DNA from: an uncultured SAR116 cluster alpha proteobacterium
Lineage (GTDB): Bacteria; Pseudomonadota; Alphaproteobacteria; Puniceispirillales; GCA-002684695
Length of the DNA stretch: 64,000 nt
Assembly: GCA_902532475.1 (NCBI GenBank)
Contig: CACAIE010000001.1
Location: 19,062 to 83,061 of the forward strand
Reading direction: 5' to 3'
The notes under the pieces are model-generated. The model was not told the DNA's origin, did no database searches, and saw only the letters and a list, made by a program, of their open reading frames with translations. Both the position numbers and the translations under genes were made by a program. This document shows, piece by piece, positions 51,601 through 61,322 of the stretch. Position 1 is the first letter of the stretch; the number at the start of each line of letters is the position of its first letter.

Positions 51601-52179
51601 ATGAATTATTCAAACAATCAAAACGCTATTAAAACTCAAAATAGAAGAGTTATAGTTATTATTTCCTTTGTCGGCCTTCTAATGCTTTCATTGTCTTTTG
51701 CTTCGGTTCCATTATATGATATTTTTTGTAGGGTTACTGGATTTGGTGGCACAACTCAAATTGCTTCCTCTGCGCCAGGCTCTCAAGGATTTCCAGATAT
51801 AAACATAAGATTTGAATCAAGTACTTCGCAATCTTTGAACTGGAGTTTTTATCCGAAAGATAAGGTGGTTACTATTCCTTTGGGAGAAGAAAAAACAGTC
51901 TTCTATGTTGCAAAAAATTTAACTAATAAGCCAATTGTAGGAACAGCAATATTTAATGTCACACCGGCTAAAGTTGGACAGTATTTTATGAAAATAGATT
52001 GTTTTTGTTTTATAGAACAGTTGTTAAATCCTAGTGAAAGTATGGAAATGCCCGTTACGTTTTTTATTGACCCAGAGATATTTAAAGATGAAAATGCAAA
52101 GGAGGTTAGTGAAATTACACTTTCTTATACATTTATGAAGTCGTTGGATCAATCAAAAGTTATTTTAGAAAAGTTATAG
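51601..52179 (+). CDS. ctaG: Cytochrome c oxidase assembly protein CtaG/Cox11 (CuB chaperone)
   Basis: 192 aa with an N-terminal anchor, VPLYDIFCRVTGFGG and the copper-binding CFCF motif. Confidence 0.92.
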   Translation: MNYSNNQNAIKTQNRRVIVIISFVGLLMLSLSFASVPLYDIFCRVTGFGGTTQIASSAPGSQGFPDINIRFESSTSQSLNWSFYPKDKVVTIPLGEEKTVFYVAKNLTNKPIVGTAIFNVTPAKVGQYFMKIDCFCFIEQLLNPSESMEMPVTFFIDPEIFKDENAKEVSEITLSYTFMKSLDQSKVILEKL

Positions 52180-52203
52180 ATTGCACTCAGTAAGGAGAAA
52201 ATT

Positions 52204-52983
52204 ATGAGCGGAAATCACTCTTATCATTTAGTTGAACCAAGTCCATGGCCTGCAGTGGGTGCTGCAGGTGGTTTTGTCTTGGTATTAGGAGCGGCTATGT
52301 ATATGCATGAATATGCTTATGGAGGGATAGCAGCTTTAATTGGCTTTGGTCTTGTTTTTTTAACGATGTTTTATTGGTGGAGAGATATAGTCAGAGAAGG
52401 GGAATTTCAAGGCCACCATAGCCCTATAGTGCAAATTGGGCTTAGATATGGAATGATGCTATTTATAGCTTCGGAAGTTATGTTCTTTGTGGCATTCTTT
52501 TGGGCGTTTTTTGCTGCATCACTGTTCCCAGTAGGAGGTATATGGCCGCCTCAAGGAATAGCGACTTTTGATCCGTTTGACTTGCCTTTGGTCAATACTC
52601 TGATTTTACTTTTATCGGGTTCAACCGTGACTTGGGCTCATCACGCTCTTATAGAAGACAATCGTAATGATTTTCTATTAGGTTTATTATTAACTGTTTT
52701 ATTGGGAATTTCTTTTACATTCTTTCAAGCACTTGAGTATATGCACGCTCCATTTGGATTTACTGAAGGTATATACCCCTCTGTATTTTTTATGGCCACA
52801 GGTTTTCATGGTTTTCATGTAATTGTTGGAACAATCTTTTTATCTGTTTGTTTGTTGAGGGGATACTTAGGCCACTTTACAAAAACACATCATTTTGGAT
52901 TTGAGGCGGCAGCATGGTACTGGCATTTTGTTGATGTGGTGTGGTTATTTTTGTTTATTTGCATTTACATGTGGGGAAGTTAA
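52204..52983 (+). CDS. ctaE: Cytochrome c oxidase (aa3) subunit III
   Basis: 259 aa with 7 TM helices. HSYHLVEPSPWP N-terminus and GFHGFHVIVG motif. AAGGAG RBS upstream. Confidence 0.95.
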   Translation: MSGNHSYHLVEPSPWPAVGAAGGFVLVLGAAMYMHEYAYGGIAALIGFGLVFLTMFYWWRDIVREGEFQGHHSPIVQIGLRYGMMLFIASEVMFFVAFFWAFFAASLFPVGGIWPPQGIATFDPFDLPLVNTLILLLSGSTVTWAHHALIEDNRNDFLLGLLLTVLLGISFTFFQALEYMHAPFGFTEGIYPSVFFMATGFHGFHVIVGTIFLSVCLLRGYLGHFTKTHHFGFEAAAWYWHFVDVVWLFLFICIYMWGS

Positions 52984-53143
52984 TAACGAGTCAATCAGGT
53001 CATGAAGGTTTATATAGACAATAAGTAGAGTTTTCGGGTCCTTTCCATAGTATTTTAAAGTGATCACATGACTACTTAGACAGCACTTCTGAATTTGAAC
53101 ATGTGGCTGCAAACTTTCAAAGGTTATTTTAGGAGACGTAAAG

Positions 53144-53860
53144 TTGAAAGTAAACTTCAAGCCGTCGATGTGGTTATCTTGTTTTGCAGTTCCAGCATTT
53201 ATTATTTTATGTATTTTAGGTTCTTGGCAAATGCAAAGGCTAGGTTGGAAATCAAACTTAATAGAAGAGTACAACACTAAATTTAACAAAGACCCTTTAA
53301 TTTTAAATGAACATTTTAAAAACCTTCCAGGAAATAAATTTAGGAGAGTTATTGTCAAAGGTAAGTTTGACCATAACAAAGAAATTAATATTATAGGAAA
53401 AACATATGAAGGTAATGCGGGCTTTCATATTATCACTCCATTTGTTACGGAGAATAATGATACAATCTATATTAATAGAGGTTGGGTACCTAAAAAATAT
53501 TTAAGAAAATCATCTAGAAAATTTAGTTTAGTTGAAGGAAAAACACAAATTATAGGTTTGTTAAGAATGCCTCAAACAAAGGGGTATTTTGTTCCAAACA
53601 ATGAGCCGAATAATGGGTTTTGGTTTACAGTGATTCCCAACGAATTTAACAAACACTTTAATTTAAATGCAGAAAAAACTTTTTATATAGTTGAATTAAA
53701 AGTTGGAGATAAGTTAAAATTACCTATACCAGCAAATGGTGAAATACAAATTCCTAATAATCACCTCCAATATGCTATTACTTGGTATAGTCTAGCAATC
53801 GGATTAATTATCATTTATTTTGCTTGGCACCGTCAAAATGGATATTTAGCATTAAAGTAA
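53144..53860 (+). CDS. SURF1 family cytochrome oxidase biogenesis protein
   Basis: TTG start with AGGAGA 7 nt upstream. GSWQMQRLGWK N-terminal motif, NRGWVP, HLQYAITWY and a C-terminal TM helix. Confidence 0.88.
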   Translation: MKVNFKPSMWLSCFAVPAFIILCILGSWQMQRLGWKSNLIEEYNTKFNKDPLILNEHFKNLPGNKFRRVIVKGKFDHNKEINIIGKTYEGNAGFHIITPFVTENNDTIYINRGWVPKKYLRKSSRKFSLVEGKTQIIGLLRMPQTKGYFVPNNEPNNGFWFTVIPNEFNKHFNLNAEKTFYIVELKVGDKLKLPIPANGEIQIPNNHLQYAITWYSLAIGLIIIYFAWHRQNGYLALK

Positions 53861-53958
53861 TAAATAACTTAATTAATTTGGATTAATATTTCTTAATTAG
53901 GTTGAATTTTATGATTTACTACCTTAATTTCAATAAAAATTAATCTCTCATTATTTTT

Positions 53959-55365
53959 ATGAAGTACTTATCGACTAGAGGCTCCCAGAAAAACCTTTCT
54001 TATAATAAAATTCTTTTAGAAGGGTTAAGCATTGATGGAGGTTTATTTGTTCCAGAAAAATTGCCAAAATTTTCTTTGAGTGAATTGTTAGAAATATCAA
54101 AACTTAATTATTATGAATTAGCATCAGAAATTATTCATAAGTTTACAGGCGATGATGCAGATATTAAACAACTCAGAGAAATATGTAAAAGAACATATCA
54201 AAAATTTAATGGCCCTGACATAGCACCTTTAAAAGATATAGGGGGCAATAACTTTATTTTAGAACTTTTCCATGGACCCACATGGGCATTTAAAGATTAT
54301 GCAATGCAACTTTTAGCATCTGATTTTGAGAGGGTTCTATCTGAAAGCAATCAAAAGTCTCTAATTTTAGGAGCAACAAGCGGTGACACAGGGTCAGCTG
54401 CTTTACAAGCCTTTGCAGGAAAAGACAATTTAGATATATTTATTTTATTTCCTAAGGGCAGAGTATCACCTATTCAAGAAGCGCAAATGACATCAATTAT
54501 TGAAGATGGCGCTCATGCGATACAAATAGATGGTGATTTTGATGATTGCCAACAAATAGTAAAAGATATTTTTAGTGATAAAAAATATAGAGAAAGAGTA
54601 AATTTATCTGCGGTCAACTCAATAAATTGGGCTCGTGTAGTTCCTCAAATTGTGTATTATTTTTACTCTTCTTTTAAACTTGGAGCTCCAAATCAACAAA
54701 TTGCCTTTTCAGTTCCAACTGGAAATTTTGGAAATATATATGCTGGTTTGTGCGCAAAAAGAATGGGGTTGCCTATAGATAAATTAATTTGCGCTTCAAA
54801 TAGAAACAACATATTGAATCGATTTTTTAATTCGGGTTTGATGGAACGAAAAAATGTTGAGCCTTCTTTAAGCCCATCTATGGATATACAAGTCTCAAGT
54901 AATTTTGAAAGGCTTCTTTTTGAAATTTATGAAAGGGATTCAAGAAAAGTAAAATTCGATTTAGAAAAATTTAAAACAAAAGGCGTTTATGAAATTGACA
55001 AAGAAAAACTTCAAAGTTTGAAAAATGATTTTCTATCCTATTACTTAGATGATGAAGGGATTGTGAAGGAAATTGCAAGAGTTTATAAAAATAACAAAAC
55101 AATTATAGACCCGCATTCCGCGTGCGGCACCTATGCAGCTGAGCAAGCTAGAAAAAATAATGAAATCGATAAAAAAACGCCAATTATTTCATTGGCATGC
55201 GCCCATCCATGTAAGTTTCCTGATGCTGTTTATAAATCTATTAAAGTAAAATCTTCACTGCCCAATGGTTCTAAGGATTTACTTTCAAGGAAGAAAAAAA
55301 GCTTATTTGCTCCAGCAGACCATAACACTGTTAAATCGATAATTGAAGGTTACAGAAGGTTATAA
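53959..55365 (+). CDS. thrC: Threonine synthase (long form)
   Basis: 468 aa. MKYLSTRG N-terminus and the PLP-lysine motif FHGPTWAFKDYA. Confidence 0.93.
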   Translation: MKYLSTRGSQKNLSYNKILLEGLSIDGGLFVPEKLPKFSLSELLEISKLNYYELASEIIHKFTGDDADIKQLREICKRTYQKFNGPDIAPLKDIGGNNFILELFHGPTWAFKDYAMQLLASDFERVLSESNQKSLILGATSGDTGSAALQAFAGKDNLDIFILFPKGRVSPIQEAQMTSIIEDGAHAIQIDGDFDDCQQIVKDIFSDKKYRERVNLSAVNSINWARVVPQIVYYFYSSFKLGAPNQQIAFSVPTGNFGNIYAGLCAKRMGLPIDKLICASNRNNILNRFFNSGLMERKNVEPSLSPSMDIQVSSNFERLLFEIYERDSRKVKFDLEKFKTKGVYEIDKEKLQSLKNDFLSYYLDDEGIVKEIARVYKNNKTIIDPHSACGTYAAEQARKNNEIDKKTPIISLACAHPCKFPDAVYKSIKVKSSLPNGSKDLLSRKKKSLFAPADHNTVKSIIEGYRRL

Positions 55366-55923
55366 TTAAGCATTCCCAAAATTACTTGAAATTTGATCAG
55401 GCTTAATGCCTAATTCACTCAAAGATTTTTCCCATATTTTGTTTAGCTCTGAACTAAATACAATTTCAGGTTTTGCAGGCAAAGTAAGCCAGCTATTTTC
55501 CTTTAATTCAAATTCTAATTGACCTGAAAACCATCCTGCATATCCTACAGTAATGATTGATGAAGTTGGTCCTTTTCCTGAAGCAATTTCTTTAATAATG
55601 TCTATACTACAGGTCATACTGAAAATATCATTAATTACTTTCGTATCAGGTAATACATGTTCACTTGAGTGAAGGACGAAGCCCCTAGATGTATCCATTG
55701 GGCCTCCAATTCGAATACTTTTATGAGAATAATCAGAAGGTAAATTTATCGACATTTGATCGCAAAATAATTTAAAATTAAAATTTTTGTTAACTTTATT
55801 TAAAACTAAACCCATCGCATGGTCACTGTCGTGTGAACAGATAAAAATAACTGACTTCATGAATCTTTTATCTGTTATAGCAGGTGTGGCTATTAAAAGT
55901 TGTCCTTCTAAAAAATATGACAT
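55366..55923 (-). CDS. YqgE/AlgH family protein (UPF0301)
   Basis: 185 aa. GQLLIATPAITDKRFMKSVIFICSHDSDHAMGLVLNK matches the family N-terminal signature. Confidence 0.85.
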   Translation of the reverse strand: MSYFLEGQLLIATPAITDKRFMKSVIFICSHDSDHAMGLVLNKVNKNFNFKLFCDQMSINLPSDYSHKSIRIGGPMDTSRGFVLHSSEHVLPDTKVINDIFSMTCSIDIIKEIASGKGPTSSIITVGYAGWFSGQLEFELKENSWLTLPAKPEIVFSSELNKIWEKSLSELGIKPDQISSNFGNA

Positions 55924-55994
55924 ATATAAATCCTTTGCATATATTGTATGGAGAAAATTATCATTATCAAGAATTTAACTAAAAATAAGTTGAT

Positions 55995-57926
55995 TTGAAA
56001 TTGAGAGTTAATCCATCAATGATCAAAAATCTTATAAAAATTATCTTTGTTACTATTTTACTAGTTATAAACTGTTCAGTTTATGCAGCAACATCTGATT
56101 GGAAAATAAGCAAATTAAATGAAAATAAAATCCTTCAAATGAGGCTCTTTTCTGGGACTGAAGGGGTAATAGGTATAAAAAAAATCCCAATTGCCTTTGA
56201 AGTGATCACAAATCCAGGGTGGAAAATTTATTGGCGTTATCCAGGGGATGCAGGTTTACCAACTCAAATTGATTATAGTAATTCAATCAACATTAAGAAA
56301 TTAGATATTTTTTGGCCAGCACCTTTTAGATTTTCAACTTTTGGGATAGATACTTTTGGTTATGAGGGACAAACAATTTTTCCTTTGAGCATAATTCCCG
56401 AAAATGAAAATGAAACTATTGTTTTGAATTCTAAAATTAATTTATTGGCATGCAATCAAATTTGTATACCTTTTTCAGAAAACATTACTTTAGAAATACC
56501 AAAAAAAACACATAAGCCAAATTATAAAGCACGAGAAAGAGCTCAATTTTTATCTTTGGTTCCTAAAAATTATATACCTGATGGTTTTTCCTTAGGTAGT
56601 ATTTCATTGATTGAGGAAGGTATTATATTGTCAGATTCAATAATACCAGAGAATAATTTTGATATATTTATAGAAAATGATAAGGGAATTAATTTTGGTA
56701 AACCTTTAAAAAAAGGTAATGATATATTTTTGCCTGCGTTTGGTGATTTTAATTCTATAGATTTGTTAGGAAATCAAATAACTATCACTTTTGTTGGAGA
56801 AGAACTGAGTTTTGAATCAAAACAAACTCTAAATGACTTAAAAAATAAAGATTTATTTAACTTTAATTTAAATAAACTTTTATATTTTATATTTATTGCG
56901 TTCATTGGTGGTATCATATTAAACTTTATGCCTTGTGTTCTTCCAGTAATTTCACTTAAACTATCAAAGATATTTGATGCAAACACATACCAAACCCCAA
57001 AGATAAAAACATCATTCTTAATAACAACCCTAGGTATTATCTCGAGCTTTTTTCTGCTTGGATTAGCATTAATCTTAATAAAAAATTTAGGATATGCAAT
57101 TAGTTGGGGAATGCAGTATCAAAATTTATATTTTTTATCATTAATGTCACTAGTAATGTTTGCTTTTGGGTTAAATATGATAGGAATTTTTCAAATCACA
57201 TTACCGTTTGATGTTTTGAAAATAGTTCCAAAAATTAAAACTGGAAATTTCAGTGATTTCTTAAATGGTTTTTTAGCCACTTTATTAGCCACTCCATGCT
57301 CTGCACCATTTGTTGGAACAGCTATAACATTTGCGTTTTCAGAAAATAATTTCAGCATGATTTTGATATTTATATCAATGGGGATAGGGTTATCGGTCCC
57401 ATGGTTGTTAGTAGCTTTTTTCCCAAGAATTTTAAACTATTTTCCAAAACCAGGAAATTGGATGGTCATTTTCAAAAAATTTTTAGGAATGGGTATGCTC
57501 ATTACTGCATTTTGGATTTTTTCTATACTTTTATCCTCATATAATTCAATTTTTGGTAGTTCAAATGATTATATTGAAAGTAATTATGTAATAAAATGGG
57601 AAAAAGGATTAGCTAACCTCTTAGCTGAGCAAGGTTATACGGTTATTGTAGATATCACGGCTGACTGGTGTCTTACGTGCAAGTTAAACAAAATAGTAAT
57701 TTTTAATATTAATGAGCTAAGTCAAGGCATCAAAAATGGTAAAATTAAATTTATTCAAGGGGATTGGACTCTGCCAAATGCAGAAATTTTAGAGTTCTTA
57801 GGAGAAAACAAAAGATATGGAATACCATTTAATGTAGTTTATGGACCTCAAAACTCAAATGGTATTATTTTACCTGAAATTTTGACCAAGAAAGCCTTAT
57901 TGAAGGCTTTGGGAAATGTTAAGTGA
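55995..57926 (+). CDS. Protein-disulfide reductase, DsbD/ScsB-like (three-domain)
   Basis: Signal peptide, a periplasmic N-domain with ACNQICIP, a TM core with FMPCVLP and TPCSAP, and a C-terminal thioredoxin domain with WCLTC. Listed from TTG 55995; an alternative ATG lies at 56019. Confidence 0.85.
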   Translation: MKLRVNPSMIKNLIKIIFVTILLVINCSVYAATSDWKISKLNENKILQMRLFSGTEGVIGIKKIPIAFEVITNPGWKIYWRYPGDAGLPTQIDYSNSINIKKLDIFWPAPFRFSTFGIDTFGYEGQTIFPLSIIPENENETIVLNSKINLLACNQICIPFSENITLEIPKKTHKPNYKARERAQFLSLVPKNYIPDGFSLGSISLIEEGIILSDSIIPENNFDIFIENDKGINFGKPLKKGNDIFLPAFGDFNSIDLLGNQITITFVGEELSFESKQTLNDLKNKDLFNFNLNKLLYFIFIAFIGGIILNFMPCVLPVISLKLSKIFDANTYQTPKIKTSFLITTLGIISSFFLLGLALILIKNLGYAISWGMQYQNLYFLSLMSLVMFAFGLNMIGIFQITLPFDVLKIVPKIKTGNFSDFLNGFLATLLATPCSAPFVGTAITFAFSENNFSMILIFISMGIGLSVPWLLVAFFPRILNYFPKPGNWMVIFKKFLGMGMLITAFWIFSILLSSYNSIFGSSNDYIESNYVIKWEKGLANLLAEQGYTVIVDITADWCLTCKLNKIVIFNINELSQGIKNGKIKFIQGDWTLPNAEILEFLGENKRYGIPFNVVYGPQNSNGIILPEILTKKALLKALGNVK

Positions 57927-57939
57927 AATTGGAATCAAA

Positions 57940-58425
57940 ATGTTAAAAATACAAAATATTATTAATTGCAAATTAAAAATTAAAGATGATAGTGGCGTAA
58001 AAGACATTAGCGTAAAAGAAATAATAAATAATAGGTTTATTGTTTTATTTGGAGTTCCTGGGGCATTTACTCCCACTTGTTCAGTAAAGCACTTACCGAG
58101 TTATATTAAGAATTATAAAGATATTCATTCCCTAGGAGTAGATGAAATAATATGTGTTTCTGTAAATGATCCTTTTGTTATGCATGCATGGGGAAAGTTT
58201 AATAATACTCAAAATAAAATCACTATGATGAGTGATGTGGGAGGTAATCTAGCAAGGGCAATGGGCATTGAAGCTAATTTCGGGCCTAATTTATTAATTA
58301 GAATGGAGAGATTTTCATTAATAATAAAAGAAAACGAAATAAAATATTTTATCAAGGATGAAAGAGGTAGTTATGGTAAAACAAGTGCAGAAAATATGAT
58401 ATTTGAACTGAAAAACATCTCTTAG
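57940..58425 (+). CDS. Peroxiredoxin, Prx5 type
   Basis: FGVPGAFTPTCS peroxidatic-Cys motif, about 161 aa, no signal peptide. I chose ATG 57940; an upstream ATG at 57916 would overlap the DsbD-like gene by 11 nt. Confidence 0.85.
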   Translation: MLKIQNIINCKLKIKDDSGVKDISVKEIINNRFIVLFGVPGAFTPTCSVKHLPSYIKNYKDIHSLGVDEIICVSVNDPFVMHAWGKFNNTQNKITMMSDVGGNLARAMGIEANFGPNLLIRMERFSLIIKENEIKYFIKDERGSYGKTSAENMIFELKNIS

Positions 58426-58865
58426 TTATTTTCTGATAATTCCTCTATTCCTTTTCGAGCTAAGTAATCTGCCCTTTCATTTTCGCTGTCACCAGAATGC
58501 CCCTTTACCCATTGCCATTTAACGTTATGTTTTTTTACATGGATTTCAAGTGAAACCCATAGTTCTTTATTAGCAACAGGTTTCTTTGATGAATTTAACC
58601 AACCTTTTGCTTTCCAATTTGGAAGCCACTGAGTAATACCATTAATGACATAAGTGCTATCTGTTTTTACTAAGACATCAGATTTCTTTTTTAAATTTTC
58701 AAAGCCTTTAATGACTGCAGTTAACTCCATTTTATTATTTGTAGTTAGAACTTCACCTCCAAAAAATTCTTTTTTTAAATCGTTTTTCTTTATAATTACG
58801 CACCAACCTCCAGGTCCTGGATTTCCACTACATGCGCCATCAGTTATGAAAGTAACTGTATCCAA
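58422..58865 (-). CDS. rnhA: Ribonuclease HI
   Basis: 147 aa. TDGACSGNPGPGGW, NNKMELTA and NERADYLA catalytic DEDD motifs. Confidence 0.93.
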   Translation of the reverse strand: MDTVTFITDGACSGNPGPGGWCVIIKKNDLKKEFFGGEVLTTNNKMELTAVIKGFENLKKKSDVLVKTDSTYVINGITQWLPNWKAKGWLNSSKKPVANKELWVSLEIHVKKHNVKWQWVKGHSGDSENERADYLARKGIEELSENN

Positions 58866-59819
58866 TTAATTTAACTCTAAATCATTTAATTTATTAAAAA
58901 ATAGCATTTTATCTAGATACTCCTTTGGATTTAACTTTACTACATATGCATCAGAAGGTGTGTTGTACCAGTCATGTAGGCGCGTAAGGAAAAATCTAAT
59001 TGACGCGCCTTTGGTAAGAGTTAATAGATTATTTCTTTCCTCTTTACTCAATTCACGTATTTGATTGTATCCAAATAAAATTGATTCAGCTCTATCTTTC
59101 ATAAGTTCATTATTATCATTGAAACACCATGAATTTATGCAAACTGCTATGTCATAAGCCAAAATATCTGTGCAAGCGAAGTAAAAATCAATAATTCCGG
59201 TTAATTTGTCATCAACAAAAAAGACATTATTAGGGAATAAATCTGCATGTATCTGTCCCTTAGGTAATCCTATAGGCCAATTTATAACTGTATCTGCAAT
59301 CATATCCTCTAGTTCTTTTGGGTTATAAAATTCACTAATATCTTGATATTTTGAAAAACTTTCAAGCAATGGCAACCAAGAATTATATCCCAAATCATTT
59401 TTCCTATTTTGACTAAATTTTATTCCTTCCAAGTGTAAATGAGCCAAATTCTTACCTACTTCATAACAATGTTTGGGCTGTATATTTTTTAATGACTTGC
59501 CGTGTAAAAAACTTATTAGTAATGAGTTTTTGTTTGAAATTCGTTGAATCTCTCTACCAGAATTATCATATATCGGTTTTGGACAACAAATGCCACTTGA
59601 ATTTAAATGCTTCATTAAATTAATAAAATAGGGTAAATCATTTTCTTTTACTCTTTTTTCATAAATTGTAAGGATAAAATTATCTTTATCTGTAATAATT
59701 TTATAATTTGAATTTTCTACACCCTCCTGAATGCCAATTATTTCAATCAGTTCTCCAATATCAAATTTAGTTAGTATTTCATCCATTTGACTAAAAGAAA
59801 TTTTGGTATAAACAGCCAT
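58866..59819 (-). CDS. thrB: Homoserine kinase, ThrB2 (aminoglycoside-phosphotransferase-like) type
   Basis: 317 aa. MAVYTKIS, GVENSNY and IHADLFPNNVFF motifs. The stop abuts the rnhA start. Confidence 0.88.
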   Translation of the reverse strand: MAVYTKISFSQMDEILTKFDIGELIEIIGIQEGVENSNYKIITDKDNFILTIYEKRVKENDLPYFINLMKHLNSSGICCPKPIYDNSGREIQRISNKNSLLISFLHGKSLKNIQPKHCYEVGKNLAHLHLEGIKFSQNRKNDLGYNSWLPLLESFSKYQDISEFYNPKELEDMIADTVINWPIGLPKGQIHADLFPNNVFFVDDKLTGIIDFYFACTDILAYDIAVCINSWCFNDNNELMKDRAESILFGYNQIRELSKEERNNLLTLTKGASIRFFLTRLHDWYNTPSDAYVVKLNPKEYLDKMLFFNKLNDLELN

Positions 59820-59822
59820 TAA

Positions 59823-60779
59823 TTATTCTAGTTCTTTTGGAAGTTTAAAATAAATATTTTCTTGAATAGAAGAGTTTTGAATTTCAGTTATTTCATAGAG
59901 ATCGAAAAGCCTATTTCTGATTTCCTCGATAAGACTTTCGGGTGCAGAAGCTCCAGAAGAAAGGCCGATGTTTTGAATCAAATCAATTTCATTCCATTTA
60001 ATAAAGTTGACATCAGAAATTAAAAAAGCTTTTTTGCAACCAGCTTTTTGGGCCACTTCGACCAAACGTTTAGAATTTGATGAATTTTCAGAACCGACTA
60101 TAAGCATTAAATCAACTTTAGAAGCAATCTCTTTTACAGCTGTTTGTCTATTAGACGTGGCGTAGCATATATCTCCTTTTTTTGGTCCTGATATATTAGG
60201 ATATCTTTTAGAAAGAACATTTACGATTTCAGCAGTATCATCAACTGATAATGTGGTTTGGCTAAGCCAAGCAAGAGGCTTTCTTGGTGCTCTAACCTTT
60301 TTAGCTTCTTTAACAGTTTGAATTAAAGTAATGCAATTTTCGGGGACCTGACCTCTTGTTCCTTCTATCTCAGGATGGCCATCATGTCCTATTAATAATA
60401 TATGGTATCCATTTTTATAAAGCTTCAGTGCTTCAAGATGGACTTTTGTTACTAATGGGCAAGTTGCATCAAAAACAATTAAATTATTATCTTTGGCATC
60501 ACTAGAAACCTTTTTTGAAACACCATGGGCTGAGAAAATCACATTTGAACCTTTAGGTACTTCATTCAAATTATCAACAAATATAGCTCCATCTTCTGAT
60601 AATCGCTTCACAACATGTTTGTTGTGAACTATTTCATGATTTACATATATGGGCTTTCCATATATTTTTATTGTTTTCTCAACAATCTTAATTGCTCTCT
60701 CAACACCAGCACAAAAGCCCCTTGGAGAAGCAAGATAAAGGTTTTTATTTAACTTTTTTATACTTTTTATAGAATTCAT
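59823..60779 (-). CDS. ispH: 4-hydroxy-3-methylbut-2-enyl diphosphate reductase
   Basis: ASPRGFCAGVERAI, HNKHVV and SSNSKRL motifs. I chose ATG 60779 because homologues have a short N-terminus before PRGFCAGV. The ORF is open up to TTG 60833. Confidence 0.9.
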   Translation of the reverse strand: MNSIKSIKKLNKNLYLASPRGFCAGVERAIKIVEKTIKIYGKPIYVNHEIVHNKHVVKRLSEDGAIFVDNLNEVPKGSNVIFSAHGVSKKVSSDAKDNNLIVFDATCPLVTKVHLEALKLYKNGYHILLIGHDGHPEIEGTRGQVPENCITLIQTVKEAKKVRAPRKPLAWLSQTTLSVDDTAEIVNVLSKRYPNISGPKKGDICYATSNRQTAVKEIASKVDLMLIVGSENSSNSKRLVEVAQKAGCKKAFLISDVNFIKWNEIDLIQNIGLSSGASAPESLIEEIRNRLFDLYEITEIQNSSIQENIYFKLPKELE

Positions 60780-60839
60780 TTTATTAATACCAAAAATCTG
60801 GTTTAAGATATTAGGTTCAAAGAATAAATTCAATTACAA

Positions 60840-61319
60840 TTAAATATTTAAATTAAGTTTTTTGGAAGAATCTAAAATAAGGCCAGTAGATTTTTTTTCA
60901 TCTATCTCGTCTATAAGTGTTTCCTCACTTGCTTTAATAGATAAATCAATAACTAAATTTTTGACATCAACAAGAGCTTGTTTTTCAGCAGCATTAATTT
61001 TTTGTTTGGCTTGTTTTTCCTGACGTGCAATCAATGCTTTAGTATTTTCTTCGGCATTTATTTGAAGTTGCTTGGCATGTTCTTCAGCTCGTTCTAAAAT
61101 ATTTTTTGCTTCTTGTTCTGCCTCATCTTGAAGGCGTTTATAATTATTTAAAACATCCTTTGCTTCTTGGCGTAATTTTTCTGCTTCTTCTAATTTAGCT
61201 TGGACTTGTTTTGCGCGATTATCTAATACTTCAATAAAAGGTTTAGCCCCATATCTCCAAGCTATCAGGCAAAAAATAACAAAACCTATAGCAACCCATC
61301 CAGCTTCATTTATAAACAT
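60840..61319 (-). CDS. atpF: F-type ATP synthase Fo subunit b
   Basis: 159 aa. One N-terminal TM helix, then a long charged coiled coil (AEKLRQEAKD ...). Last gene of the Fo operon. Confidence 0.88.
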   Translation of the reverse strand: MFINEAGWVAIGFVIFCLIAWRYGAKPFIEVLDNRAKQVQAKLEEAEKLRQEAKDVLNNYKRLQDEAEQEAKNILERAEEHAKQLQINAEENTKALIARQEKQAKQKINAAEKQALVDVKNLVIDLSIKASEETLIDEIDEKKSTGLILDSSKKLNLNI

Positions 61320-61322
61320 TTT

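Noticed and set aside
52945-53379. 144-aa minus-strand ORF spanning the ctaE-surf1 spacer, and a 61-aa plus-strand ORF at 53095-53280.
   Set aside because: Both overlap confident genes (ctaE 3' end, surf1 5' end) out of frame or antisense. Neither has an RBS or a recognisable motif, so they are probably shadow ORFs.
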